DNA of 43,474 nucleotides from Macrostomum lignano (lineage: Eukaryota): the NCBI GenBank assembly GCA_002269645.1, contig NIVC01003663.1, forward strand, positions 1 to 43,474. The letters are read 5' to 3'. A program made the translations under genes and the position numbers. How positions within the stretch are numbered: position 1 is the stretch's first letter; every line of letters starts with the position of its first letter. A model generated the notes under the pieces. It had not been told where the DNA came from. It saw nothing but the letters and a program-made list of their open reading frames with translations, and made no database searches. Below, piece after piece: positions 1 through 11,106 of the stretch.

Positions 1-620
1 CATGACTGTGAGCTCTTTTGAAGTGTCATCCAGTAGAATCTGGTGATAAGCCTTCTCTAAGTCTGTAAATCTGGCTGCGGCCACAGTTGCAATTACTTCA
101 TCAGAAGCCGCATCGGATAAGAATCATGGACAAGATGTGGGTTTATTGTCACTCTGAATCCATGCAAATTCTCAACTTTTCAGAAGGTTTCTTGACCACG
201 ACGATTGGTGTAAGCCCATTCACTGAACTTGACTGATTTGATTATTCCTTCATTGAGCAGTTGATCGATTTCTTCCTTTACTCCATTTCTTAGTGCAAAG
301 GGCATTGGTTTTGGTTTGCAGTGAATCGGAGTGTCCCCTCTTTGATCTTTAAGAGTCACTCGTCGAAATTCACCTGACCTTGCTGCATACGCTTTTGATC
401 AACAGAATTGAGTGTGAAGTTTAGCAATTGTCCCAACCAACAAGAACAAATTAGTTTCTCTGAGATTCCACGATAGGACTCGCAACTGTACTCTAATTCG
501 GTTTCAAGAGCTCCAAAAACCTTCATCTGGGCATCGGCATCTGTTTTCAGTACCGTGTTAGTAGGCGTTAGTCTTTGGTGGCCGAGATCAACCGGTTGAT
601 TCCAATTCATTTCAGCTAAT
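1..620 (-). mobile_element. Decayed Ty3/Gypsy retrotransposon pol fragment (protease C-terminal half and start of RT)
   Basis: Minus-strand translation across frameshifts gives PIHCKPKPMPFALRNGVKEEIDQLLNEGIIKSVKFSEWA/TPIVVVKKPSEKLRICMD/RVTINPHL..DSYP..DLEKAYHQILLD, the Gypsy RT N-terminus. ORF 356-610 resembles the end of the protease. Several indels and a stop are present, and the fragment runs off the left edge. Confidence 0.85.
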
Positions 621-1151
621 GGCCACTTAAGAATTGTTGCAACAGTTCTACTACGAGATGGCGCTATCTCCCGTTTTGATTTTCAAAATGACATGTCGCA
701 CGAGATTGCGCGACGTGACATTAAGGTGCAGCTCCGGAAAATCTTCCGTAAAAAGACGCTTCGATCTGGCGGACCGGCTGGTGCGGTGACCAAGGCTCGC
801 GTCAACTGCCTCCTAGAAAGCCACGATGTAATAATGAGAAACAATCAACTGACTAAATAAAAATTTTAATATCGGATTTTTTTGCATACTGAGCCTGCTT
901 TGCTTTTATCTTCTTTTGGCAATCGAGCTAAGAAGCCGCATAAGTTTCTGGATTTGTCATTGTTATTCGGTATTGTGATTTACATTTAAAATTTGCTGAG
1001 CGTCTCTACTACTAACGCAATTGTCGAGAAAAATAGAAATAATATATCAGTCAGTCTCCTTAAAATCGTTGCTCATATTTTGACATCGACATTAGTTCTT
1101 TTAAATTTTCATAATGAGATACCCTTCAGTATTCTACGCTCGTACCTATGT

Positions 1152-1421
1152 TTTTGTTTAACTTCTACATGTAATTTTGTTTAACTTCTACATGTACTTT
1201 TGTTTAACTTCTACATGTAATTTTGTTTAACTTCTACATGTACTTTTGTTTAACTTCTACATGTACTTTTGTTTAACTTCTACATGTACTTTTGTTTAAC
1301 TTCTACATGTACTTTTGTTTAACTTCTACATGTACTTTTGTTTAACTTCTACATGTAATTTTGTTTAACTTCTACATGTACTTTTGTTTAACTTCTACAT
1401 GTACTTTTGTTTAACTTCTAC
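1152..1421. repeat. 23-bp minisatellite TTTTGTTTAACTTCTACATGTA(C/A), about 12 copies
   Basis: Read directly; each unit contains the palindrome TACATGTA. Confidence 0.97.
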
Positions 1422-1849
1422 CTGACGTGTTTTCAGCGCCACTGGGTAAACAGCTGTTACAAAACTGAGAGCTGCATGCTAGCTGTCTCACTGGGGTTTG
1501 AGTGACTCTCTTTGTCTAATGCGGAGTGCAGTCTGTCGTTTCTCCTCTGCTTTAAAACGTGGCTGCTTGAGCTCATGCGCTGCTACAGCAGTGGGTTTGA
1601 GCTGAGCTGCTCATTGTTCCTTGTTGATGGTTAATTTTTGACATTTTCCCACAGCCTGACAGCCATATTCGAGACTCCCGTTGGCCCACAGGCTGCAATT
1701 GTTTTACAGTCAAGATCGATCAGGCGATCCCTGCAGCGATTTTACTCAAAGTCATACATGTAGTTGTTCATTGAGCGAAGACTCCTGCGCAAAAGCAGTC
1801 AAGTAATAAATAGTTATTGATTAATCCAGCTCTCGTGAAAGCATCTCTC

Positions 1850-2105
1850 TGTTAAAGAAATAATCAAGTCTAATTGATCTGAGGGTTAGACTTTAACAAA
1901 AAAACAGGTAAATGAGCCCTGTGGCTAAATTATTGCTTATATATTAAATTAAATCGATGTTCTCTCTCTCCAACTCTCTAACTCATCAACGCCTCACGCA
2001 CATCAACCCCACCCCAACACACTCTGAGACGGGGACCGCCAAGTGTACACTGGCGACGCTACACATAGCAGAGGGTCGGTACGCAGGCACTCCAAATCCA
2101 ACACA
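1850..2105 (-). repeat. 3' LTR of the BEL/Pao element
   Basis: Same sequence as 7990-8245; preceded on the minus strand by the PPT TAGGGGGAG. Confidence 0.97.
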
Positions 2106-2114
2106 CTCCCCCTA
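2106..2114 (-). promoter_or_regulatory. Polypurine tract of the BEL/Pao element
   Basis: The minus strand reads TAGGGGGAG immediately before the TG of the 3' LTR. Confidence 0.85.
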
Positions 2115-2457
2115 ATGATGCTTCATCATTACAGTACTTAACATTGATATTCGAAAAAGGAAACTCGCTATTAACTTAAATGAAATTAAACGAAACGAAT
2201 AGCAAAAAACAAATGAACAACAAAAAACGCTCCAACATTACAACAGACTTGATGACTAAAAATGTGACACACCATCACCAGAGTACTGAGTTAACGAAAA
2301 AGTAGGAACAAAGGGAAAACGAAACTCAAAAAAATCCAATCAGCGCTAAGGAGCTCAAAAGGTAAGATTGAAAGGGAGTGAAAATTACTGCGAACTAAAA
2401 CTAAACAGAAACTCGAAACAACGATTAGAACAGTCATTGAAAGTCAGTTACTTAAGT

Positions 2458-5400
2458 TCATTCAGTCACAGCTTCCAGCAAAATCAGGTTCTCCACCGGT
2501 CGGCGAATCAAGCATCTCCTGGGACCGCGGCCAGGTCTGGGCGCGACTCGAACCGTTGCAGATCTCACCGCCCCGTCTCGGCCAGGATGCACCGACTCGA
2601 TGACACCGGTACACCAGGTAAGCCTCGGCTGCCCGGCCTCACCTTTCACCAGGACGATGTCGCCGGCCGTCGCTTCTCGAGTTACGCCATGCTTGGGACT
2701 TAGATTATGTTCTCGCAGGCTGGTCAGATACTGTCGCTCCCAGCAGTCCCAGAAGGCTTGCAGTCTGGCGCGCATTCGCCTCAGCAGTGTTGGCAACGGC
2801 AGCAGGAGCTCGGGCGTACCGCTAGAAGTTGGCTCCGCCGTCAGCCGTTGCAGGACCAGAAAGTGCGCCGGCGTCAGGACTTCTCCGTTGGTTTCGGCAT
2901 CCACGTAGAGTAGAGGCCGACTGTTGAGCACCGCTTCCACCTCCATTAGCACTGTCCGCAGTTCGTCCAGCGTCAGGGTTGCGTTGAGGATGGTCTTGCG
3001 CAAAGCCAGCTTGATGTCCCTCATCAGTCGCTCCCAGAAGCCTCCTTGCCACGGTGCGCGTTCGACGATGAATTGCCAGGTGATTTTCCTGGTGGCGCAG
3101 AAGTCTTGAACTTGTCGACTCTCCGACGCCTGAAGTATTTTGGCAGCCTTGGTGAATGTCTTGGCGTTGTCACTGATGAGATTGGGAATTCCTCTCCGAG
3201 CACAGAACCGTCGGAGGGCTCGCAGGAAGGTCTCGGTCGTCAAGTCGCTCACCAGTTCCAGGTGAAGGGCTCGCGTGGCCGCACAGGTGAAAACCAGGAT
3301 ATAGCCTTTCTCGATCTCTGTGTCCTCCATCAGTTTGACAGGTCCGCAGTAGTCGAGTCCGCACCACTCAAAGGCTCTCCCAGACTTCACGCGTGCTTCA
3401 GGTAAGGCTGGGATTTGCTTCACTGCATATGGTAGTCCTTGAAGACGTCTGCAGACAAAGCAACTTCTCAGGATCGACTTGACTCGCTGTCTTCCTCTGA
3501 TTAGCCAGAATCTCTCTCGCAGCTTACAAAGAGTGCTGGGCACTCCCCCGTGCAGAACCTTGGCGTGAGCGTCCCAGATGAGAAGAAGCTCCAGGTGTGA
3601 CTTGCTCGGGATCAGAATCGGACAGTCAACCTCGGCAGAGGCGTTGGACTCCTTCAATCGACCTTGGCTTCGGAGAATACTCTTGTTGTCGAGAAAAAGA
3701 TTCAACTGCCTGCTGAGATCTGTACTGGCCGCTGACTCCTGAATGTGAGCAATTTCGGCTTGAAAACTCCGTCTCTGCACTTCTCGCAGCCAGCGCTCTT
3801 CACTTCAAGGACTTCTGCTGCAGCCAGTGGTCCCACTCGCTCCTCCCCCGCTGCAGAAGTTCTAGCTTGCAGGTTTCTGACGAAGCGTAGGACATAGGCT
3901 GTCACCCGAATCAGCTTGATCCAGGATGAGAAGTTCGTGTCATTGAGAACTTCCTGTAGACTGATGTCAGGACCGGCTTCAGTTAGCAGAACAACTGGAC
4001 GGTTCACTTGTGTCTTTTGCTCCTCGGCAACTGCCGCTGTCGGTAAGCTGAGAAAGGATTGGTCGGGCCAATCGTCAGGAGGTCGTGCCAGCCAGTCTGG
4101 ACCGTGCCACCAGCTGTCGTCCGCCTTCAACTTGCTCGCTGATGTTCCTCGAGATGCAACGTCCGCCGGATTCTCCTCGCCTGGGACATGTCTCCAGGCA
4201 TCCTCTGGCACCAGGCGGCGGATCTCCGTCACCCGATTATGAACAAAGAGCTTCCAGGGTCTGTGCTGCCGGATCCAGTAGAGCGTGTCGGCACTGTCTG
4301 TCCAGCAAAACACCTGGCGAACCTGAGGATACTGACTCATGGATGATGTCAACAGTCTGGCGAGTATCAAGGCACCCAGGAGTTCGAGCCGAGGAATTGA
4401 AAGAACCGACAGTGGAGCCACTCTCGCCTTGGCGGCCACCAGGTTGCAGCTGACGGAACCATCGGTGTACTGCACTCGCAGGTAAAGACACGCCGCATAG
4501 CATTTGATTGACGCATCACAGAACCCATGCAGCTGTATCTCCTCGACCTCCTTCGTCGCCGAAAGCACCAACCTTGGAACTTGAAATCGACCTGCCAGCA
4601 TCTCCTGCAACCACTTCAGCCACTGCTGCTTAATCGGCTCCTTTAGCGGGCAGTCCCAAGCGATCTTTTCAACGCACAGCTTCTGGAACATCGATTTCGG
4701 CAACGTAAGCAGCGGAACCAGGAAGCCCAGAGGATCGTAGACACGGGCCAGCAGCTGTAGCACGACACGCTTGGAGGGCGACGCCTTGAGCAAATCTTCT
4801 GGCGGAGAAAACTGCAGCACGAACACGTCCGATCCTGTCTCCCATCGCAGCCCGAGGACTTTTGACGATACGCCATCTTCGCCCAAGGAGGCGGCTGAAT
4901 AGCTGGAGGGGTCCTCCGTGATGTCCTTTGTCACCGCCGACAACGCCGGAGCAAGAACATCACTGTCTAGTGTGCTGGCGCGAACCGCTTTCAATACATT
5001 CTTGCTGTTGGACTGCCAGTGTCGCAGATTCATTCCAGCCTGTTGGAATATGTGCCGGGATTTTTGGATGAGATCCAGGGCCTGCTGTTCATCCACGCAC
5101 CCAGAGATCAGGTTGTCCACATAGATTTCTTTGGACACCTTATCCACGAACTCTGCATGCTGGCCTCGGTGAGATGCCAAGTGGTGTTGAATGACAGTCT
5201 CCAGGACGGCAGGTGAGCAGGTGAGTCCGAACACCAGAGCAGCGTAGCGCAGAACAACGAGAGGTGAATCAGCTTGACTGGGATCCCGTGGCCAGAGGAA
5301 TCGTAGAGCATCGCGATCGTCTTCTGCAATTCGGATCTGCAAAAAAGCCTTCTCAATATCGGCAGTCAAGGCGATCGGATGAAGTCGAAATGCCTGAAGC

Positions 5401-7907
5401 AGTCGCGGAATCTCGGCCAACGAACAGGTTCCTGTTTCCAGACAGTCATTCAGCGATGGACTGCACTGATCTCGCTTGGCACTCGCGTCGAAAACCACTC
5501 GAACTTTGGTCGATTCAGCTTCAGGACGGATTACGGCTCGGTGGGGTAGGTAGTGGATGAGATCGCTGGTCCCATCTGGAGCTTCTTCGACTACGCCAGC
5601 TTCCTTCTGACTGGTCAGAATGCGGTGGTACTCCTGAAGTAGCGCAGGCTCACGACGCAGCCTCGTCAGATTGGTCTTTAGTCTCTTGAACGCTACCTCG
5701 AAGTTGTCGGGCAATCTTAATTCCTTTTTGGGAATCTTCCACGGCAGCTGAACTGAGTAGCGACCCTCTTGGAACTGGGCATTCAGAGTCAGTGGACGCT
5801 GATCAGGCTCGGCTGCACTTCTGATGCCGAGACCTTCTAAAGTCCAGAACGCCTCGATGGTGCTGCTGTCCAGACCTTTCTCCGCTCCTTGAGCACAGCA
5901 GAGAAGAACCTGCTCTGACCTGGTCTCTAGCTCACTTGCGGCGAACCCATCTGACAGTGACCCGCACAGCAACCAACCGAGCTGACTGGATACGGCAACT
6001 GGACCGGAGCCGACCTCTGAGCGAATCACTTGACCTGTGACGAGGTCGTAGAATTGGTCAGCTCCGATGAGGATACTGATCTCGGGATTCTGTTCACCAC
6101 CGATGTCCCAGTCTGCCATGTCGAGGTGTTGAAAGTGCTTCATGCACAAGCTGCTGACAACTGGCTGATGAGAGCAGATGTAAGGCACTGTGTTGGCGCG
6201 CACTGTGAACTGGGCGGTGCTGTCAGATTTCCGAAGCTTGAACTCGACCATCGCAGTCTGCAGCACCTTGGCCTCTGTGCCACCGAATGTTGTCACCTCC
6301 ATCGTCTCTCTGCCCATGACCTGGAGCCCCATCTTCTCAGCCAAGCTGGTCAAGATGAACGAACGGTTGCTTGCAGAGTCAAAGAGAATTCGCACCGGAG
6401 TCTCCTGATTGTTAACAGTCGAAATCAGTACAGCTCCCGCTGTTGGAAGGATCACTGTTTGAGCTTTTGTCACCATAGCCATGGTCTTCACTTCTTGACT
6501 CTTCACATTCTGTGCAGCAGCCTGCTCGGACTTCTTCCGGTCTTCTCCCACCTTTCCAAGTGTGGAGCCGGGTGCCTTCGGTCCATCCTTACCCAGCAGC
6601 TTCTCCATGCGTGCGCTACAGAGACTTGGGTGATGCTTCATCTGGCAGAATTCACATTGCTTCTTGTGGTAGCAGGTCTTGACGCTGTGTCCCTTGCAGA
6701 GACAGCTGAAGCAACGCCTCTGCTCCTTCAAAAACTGGAGTCGTGCCGCAACGTCTACCAGGCGAGTGCACTTCTCTGGAGCATGTTCAGTTTCGCAGAA
6801 GGGACAAGCCGTGCTGACCTTTTTGACCTTCGTGTGAAGCGCAGCCACTGTGCCGCCATCCCTTGTCTGTTTCTCACCAGCAGTCTTGGACGCTCCATTG
6901 GAACCGGACGTCTGCCCTCCAGCTCCAACGGCCGCCTCCTCCCGGACTAAAATCTCCATTTCCAAGACCTGCAGAAACTCCGTCACAGAATCTAAGCCAT
7001 TGCCATCCCTCATCTGCGACAAGCTGCTACCAAAGGAATAACCGACGGAAGCAATCCGAGCAGTTCTCAGCATCCCGAGACGAACGACTTCCGGCAGCTT
7101 CGCCAGCAAGTTGGGCAGCAACATGGACTCGTAAGATTCGACACTCACCCCGAGATTCGTCAGACTGCGGACATTTCCATTGACTTGGTCGTAGAAATTC
7201 CTCAGGTGCTGTGCCGACGAACTGGAGCAGGTCAGCACCGAGAACTTTGCCAGGTGCTCGCGCACGGCTCCGTTGCGGGATCCAAATCGTCGTTGCAGGT
7301 TGTCGATGGCGATATGGTAGTTGTCCTTCGTGATGTTGAGACCAGCGATCGAGTTTCGGGCTTCCCCAGACAGACACGACTGCAGGTAGCTGAATTTGTC
7401 GACGACACTCAGGCTCGGGTTGTCATGGATACTGGAGTTGAAGCGGTCCCAGAATTCCGTCCATTGGGTCCGATCGCCACTGAATGACGGTGGCGGCAGT
7501 TTTGGCAACCTGATGGCAGTCTGAGTCCTTGTCGTTGAAGAATTCTCTTCCGAAGACTTGGACGAAGTCGTCGTCTGTATGGCTGTATTCTGCAGCAGAT
7601 TTGTTGCCTGCGGCGTGCCGGTCCGCGCGGTCTGAAGCTCCTGGAGCCGTCTGGTGAGGTTCGAGATCAATTTGCCAGCCAGCAGGTCGTACTCCATTGT
7701 CGTCTCTGCTTCAGCCTGCACGTCCTTCTCGTCAACCTCCGCGGCGAGCTCTTCATCTGCTGCTTGGAGCTGCTGCTTCTTGAACCGTAGAGCCTCTAGA
7801 ACGCTGTCGATTTCATCTTCAGCAGCATCTGTTTTGAGCAGGTCTTCGGCTTTCTGTGCCAGTCTGGTGACCGTCGCTCGTAACACGCCTCTCTTCCTGG
7901 AGTCCAT
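2458..7907 (-). CDS. BEL/Pao Gag-Pol polyprotein, split by a 1-nt frameshift near 3801
   Basis: ORF 3702-7934 (first ATG 7907) plus ORF 2458-3780. Motifs: Gag core FSGDRTQWTEFWDRF; three Cys/His knuckles (CPFCETEHAPEKC, CFSCLCKGHSVKTC, CEFCQMKHHPSLC); protease LFDSASNRSFI; RT ADIEKAFLQI and YVDNL; RNase H HGFCDAS/ELLGAL/WTDS/NPADVASRG; integrase H-H-C-C, LDYCGP, SDNAKTF, GGFWERL. Confidence 0.97.
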
Positions 7908-7977
7908 GCTGTTGTTGAAAAATCGCTGAGTCACTGTAGCACTCTTGCGCTCACTGCTTGATTTTACTGTGATTTTG

Positions 7978-7989
7978 GTTCGGGCGCCA
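7978..7989 (-). promoter_or_regulatory. Primer-binding site complementary to a tRNA-Lys(UUU)-type 3' end
   Basis: The minus strand reads TGGCGCCCGAAC directly after the 5' LTR. This matches the first 12 nt of the known Lys3-type PBS TGGCGCCCGAACAGGGAC. Confidence 0.8.
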
Positions 7990-8245
7990 TGTTAAAGAAA
8001 TAATCAAGTCTAATTGATCTGAGGGTTAGACTTTAACAAAAAAACAGGTAAATGAGCCCTGTGGCTAAATTATTGCTTATATATTAAATTAAATCGATGT
8101 TCTCTCTCTCCAACTCTCTAACTCATCAACGCCTCACGCACATCAACCCCACCCCAACACACTCTGAGACGGGGACCGCCAAGTGTACACTGGCGACGCT
8201 ACACATAGCAGAGGGTCGGTACGCAGGCACTCCAAATCCAACACA
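7990..8245 (-). repeat. 5' LTR of the BEL/Pao element
   Basis: TG...CA termini, same sequence as 1850-2105, TATATAA-like box on the minus strand near 8077-8083. Confidence 0.97.
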
Positions 8246-8584
8246 CTCTCTAAGAGTTTGCTTAGGAAAAGTTCATTTTAATTTATATATTTTCCTATTA
8301 AAAAGAAGCGAGAAAGGTTTACACAGCCGCTCAGTTCAGAAAAGAGGGGGTTTTGAACAAAAAATATATTTTTGTATGCGAGTCTTCCAATTGAACTCTT
8401 TTATAAAATTTTTTCAGACATTTTAATAAATATAAGAAATATAAATTAAGGCAGACGATTTCAAAAAAGTAACTGAAGAGTCTGCTCTTATAGTGATAAC
8501 TGACCTAAAAAGGACACCGCTATCTTACCTGGACTTCTAAATTAACAGACATGCATTCATAAACTTACATTAATATAACTGTAT

Positions 8585-8811
8585 CTGTGAATGTCTGTGA
8601 ATGCATGTCTGTGAATGCATGTCTGTGAATGCATGTCTGTGAATGCATGTCTGTGAATGCATGTCTGTGAATGCATGTCTGTGAATGCATGTCTGTGAAT
8701 GCATGTCTGTGAATGCATGTCTGTGAATGCATGTCTGTGAATGCATGTCTGTGAATGCATGCCTGTGAATGCATGTCTGTGAATGCATGTCTGTGAATGC
8801 ATGTCTGTGAA
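8585..8811. repeat. 14-bp minisatellite (GAATGCATGTCTGT)n, about 16 copies
   Basis: Read directly; it explains the repetitive MHSQTCIHRHAFTD ORFs. Confidence 0.97.
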
Positions 8812-9082
8812 TAAAACAATTCTAATTTAGTTATCAATGCGCAGAGGCTCATACATAAAGAGAAAGACAGAAAATTATTGAGTAAAAGGACGGCTTATAA
8901 AAAACAGGTGAAAATTGGTATGGATAAACAAGGTAATTTAAACAGTAGTTTACCTTTTTATAATAAGCAACAACAATTTAAAAGGCTTGTCTTAAATTTT
9001 TAAATGACTCGATAAAATTAGTTTAGAATGAACTTCCAACTGAGTTAATCACGTGTTAATAATTAGTTCCTGCATTAATCAA

Positions 9083-10829
9083 TCACCCATTCCAATAGAG
9101 GCGTCGAAACGCATCATTGCTGTCGATCAGGGCACTGAAGCTGCTCGGGATGCTGGAAGAATTGAAGAACCAGCAGTCGTTCCTAGAGGCTTTGAAGAGA
9201 ACGTGCGAGCAGCTCGGCTGTATGAGGAATTTTGAGCACTTGATGATGCACTCAGTTTCCGAACGCATCTTCAATGGAGCAGTAGTCAGAAGGCTGTTTG
9301 ATGTCGAGGAGAAGCTGGGTTGGATCTCCGTAGCTACGACAGTGGTGGAATCCGGGTCTTCTGGAACGTTGTGGACAGCTCAGTAACTTTACAATTTAAC
9401 TACACCTAACTTTCATTATTCATAAATTGCTCAAACCTGCAAATATATCAATCTCGCAGAAATTGAGATAATAATTATTAGTGGAGATCCCAGTGATATT
9501 CCTGGAAACCGCCACGTATCGACCCGTCAGCGGTGTTGGGCAGGTGAAGTTAATCGGGTTGTCAGCATCTGTGATAGCGCCGGTCTTGTACGCACACAGA
9601 CTGAAGTTGCTCAATTTGAAGTCAGTCCACACTGACTCAACCGATGAAACGCCTGCAGGTGCGATCAGTTTTTATTGTCAAGGGCATTTTAATAAATCAA
9701 TTAGATTTTCAGCTACTAATGTCTTTATTTACTTATGCTGATCTGCGTGAATCGCGTCTCAAAACTGCTGTCCAGCCTGTTCCAGACTCGCACTCCAGCA
9801 ATGCGATAGTTCTGCAGCAGGTCCAGCATCCACCAGGGCAGCGGATCGGCCGCATTAGTGCAGATGCACTGCACGCCACTGATGTAGTTACCGTGGGTGT
9901 TGCCATCGTAAGCCAGAGCAGCTGGTCCGGATGAACTCCACTTTGTTGACATCTTTGCTGGCATACCTTTTTGAAGGCTATAGGTTTTTCCTAGAATGTA
10001 GGGATAGCTTGCTTCAACAATGATAACTACCACAAAGTGGTTTAGTTTGTAAAGGGAATTGGGCGACAATCAGGCACATTCCGCTGACTTCTGAGTGGTT
10101 ACACACGCTGGCACAGGCTCTCACAGGATACACAATTTATCCCAAAAGCCCAAAACAGCATGGAATCGAACCCAAGTTTCCTGGAGCGAGAGTCAGACGT
10201 GTTTACCGCATTTAGCATTTACGGACCCGTGTTATCAGAGATGTTTTAAACCGCGTATTCAATATATTTAATTTTTTATTGCAGGCTTGATTCAGGGGCA
10301 GAAATGCCAAAGGTTCAGATCGTGTGCACCTGTCTGACAACCAGAAAGTCAAAGGGCCATTTGCCTTTCCGTTGTGCGGGGTGCACTGACGCCCCTAACG
10401 GGCCAGGATGTGCAACCGACAGCTCAGCCGCAGCTATTGCGTGGGGCATCTGAAGGCTGCGTACGGCTGTTCAGTCCAAGGACTCGGGGGTCGCCACACA
10501 CACCCTCAATTACCCCAGCTAATGCTGGCACTCATTCAACTGCTGGGTGAACTGAAGCAATGCGGAGTCAAGTGGCTTGCTCAATAAGTCAAGAATCGAA
10601 CCCCCGATGATCTTTCAGCCGTGAGTCCGAAGCTCTAACCACTAGGATAACAAGATAAAGTCTTACATTGTACCAACTCTTTGTGTAAGTATCTTTGTGT
10701 AAATGCGGAGTTAAAGGACGCCATGAAAAAAAATAATTAAACTACTATAAAAGATGCACTGAACTCACCTTCAAGGCAGCGACAAAAAATACTCAGGAAA
10801 ATAGTGAAAAGCAGTTGTAGCTTCTCCAT
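9083..10829 (-). CDS. Secreted F-type lectin (fucolectin-like) + Ser/Thr linker + PAN/apple-like domain, 4 exons, about 270 aa
   Basis: Exons 10769-10829 (signal peptide MEKLQLLFTIFLSIFCRCLE, GTGAGT donor), 9733-9990, 9437-9652 and 9083-9360. All junctions are phase 1 with AG acceptors, 813 nt in total. FTL motifs: ALAYDGN, PWWMLDL, VRVWNRLD, GRYVAV, LNFCEIDIF. C-terminal SETECIIKC..CSHVLF..CWFF is PAN-like. The last exon is the least certain. Confidence 0.82.
10075..10225 (-). mobile_element. tRNA-derived SINE-like head remnant in lectin intron 1
   Basis: Minus-strand B box GGTTCGATTCC (10162-10172) with a degraded A-box-like segment about 40 nt upstream. Confidence 0.45.
10265..10650 (-). 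mobile_element. tRNA-derived SINE with a CORE-like central domain
   Basis: Minus strand: A box TAGTGGTTAG (about 10636-10645) and B box GGTTCGATTC (10593-10602). These are followed by TTGAGCAAGCCACTTGACTCCGCATTGCTTCAGTTCACCCAGCAGTTGAATG, which resembles the CORE consensus TTGGGCAAGTCACTTAACCTCTCTGAGCCTCAGTTTCCTCATCTGTAAAATG, and an A/T-rich tail. Confidence 0.65.
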
Positions 10830-11063
10830 TTCTTAGAATGTTGATCAATCTGAGACTGATGGTTAGAGGAACTGCAAATTGTGTAGAGAGCCGCTGGGCT
10901 GCTCAGGCGAAAAGATGATTCGAATGGGAATTTAAAAGCGTCCCAAACACCCAGCAAAAACTTCTTATTCCTTTGTTCAACAGCACCTTCTCTTCCTCAC
11001 TAGCTAGGCTAAACAATACCTGCGTTTGCTCAACCACTCTGCCTTTCTTTTTCTGTCTCTCTG

Positions 11064-11106
11064 TTTGGCCTGACGAATAACCCAGAGGCTTGAAACCGGT
11101 TGCAAA
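11064..11106 (+). ncRNA. Degenerate minimal hammerhead ribozyme motif (5' pLTR copy)
   Basis: CTGACGA (11070-76), GAAA (11092-95), palindromic ACCGGT, then GTT. Stems I and II carry mismatches. Confidence 0.55.

Larger units (their letters stand above)
1850..8245 (-). mobile_element. Full-length BEL/Pao LTR retrotransposon
   Basis: Two 256-bp TG...CA LTRs (1850-2105, 7990-8245) with no difference found by eye. 5-bp TSD CTCTC at 1845-1849 and 8246-8250. PBS next to the 5' LTR, PPT next to the 3' LTR, and gag-pol in BEL order (Gag-PR-RT-RH-IN). Confidence 0.98.

Noticed and set aside
693-860. 55-codon ORF MSHEIARRDIKVQLRK...
   Set aside because: No recognisable motif or splice context; within chance expectation.
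3790-3815. Programmed ribosomal frameshift in BEL pol
   Set aside because: No slippery heptamer, wrong position (RNase H/integrase boundary), and BEL elements normally use one ORF.
2368-7929. Many plus-strand ORFs (up to 306 aa) over the BEL element
   Set aside because: Antisense shadows of a GC-rich pol frame with no domain signal.
8097-8426. 109-aa ORF crossing the LTR end
   Set aside because: Spans the LTR/flank junction, so it is a product of the insertion.
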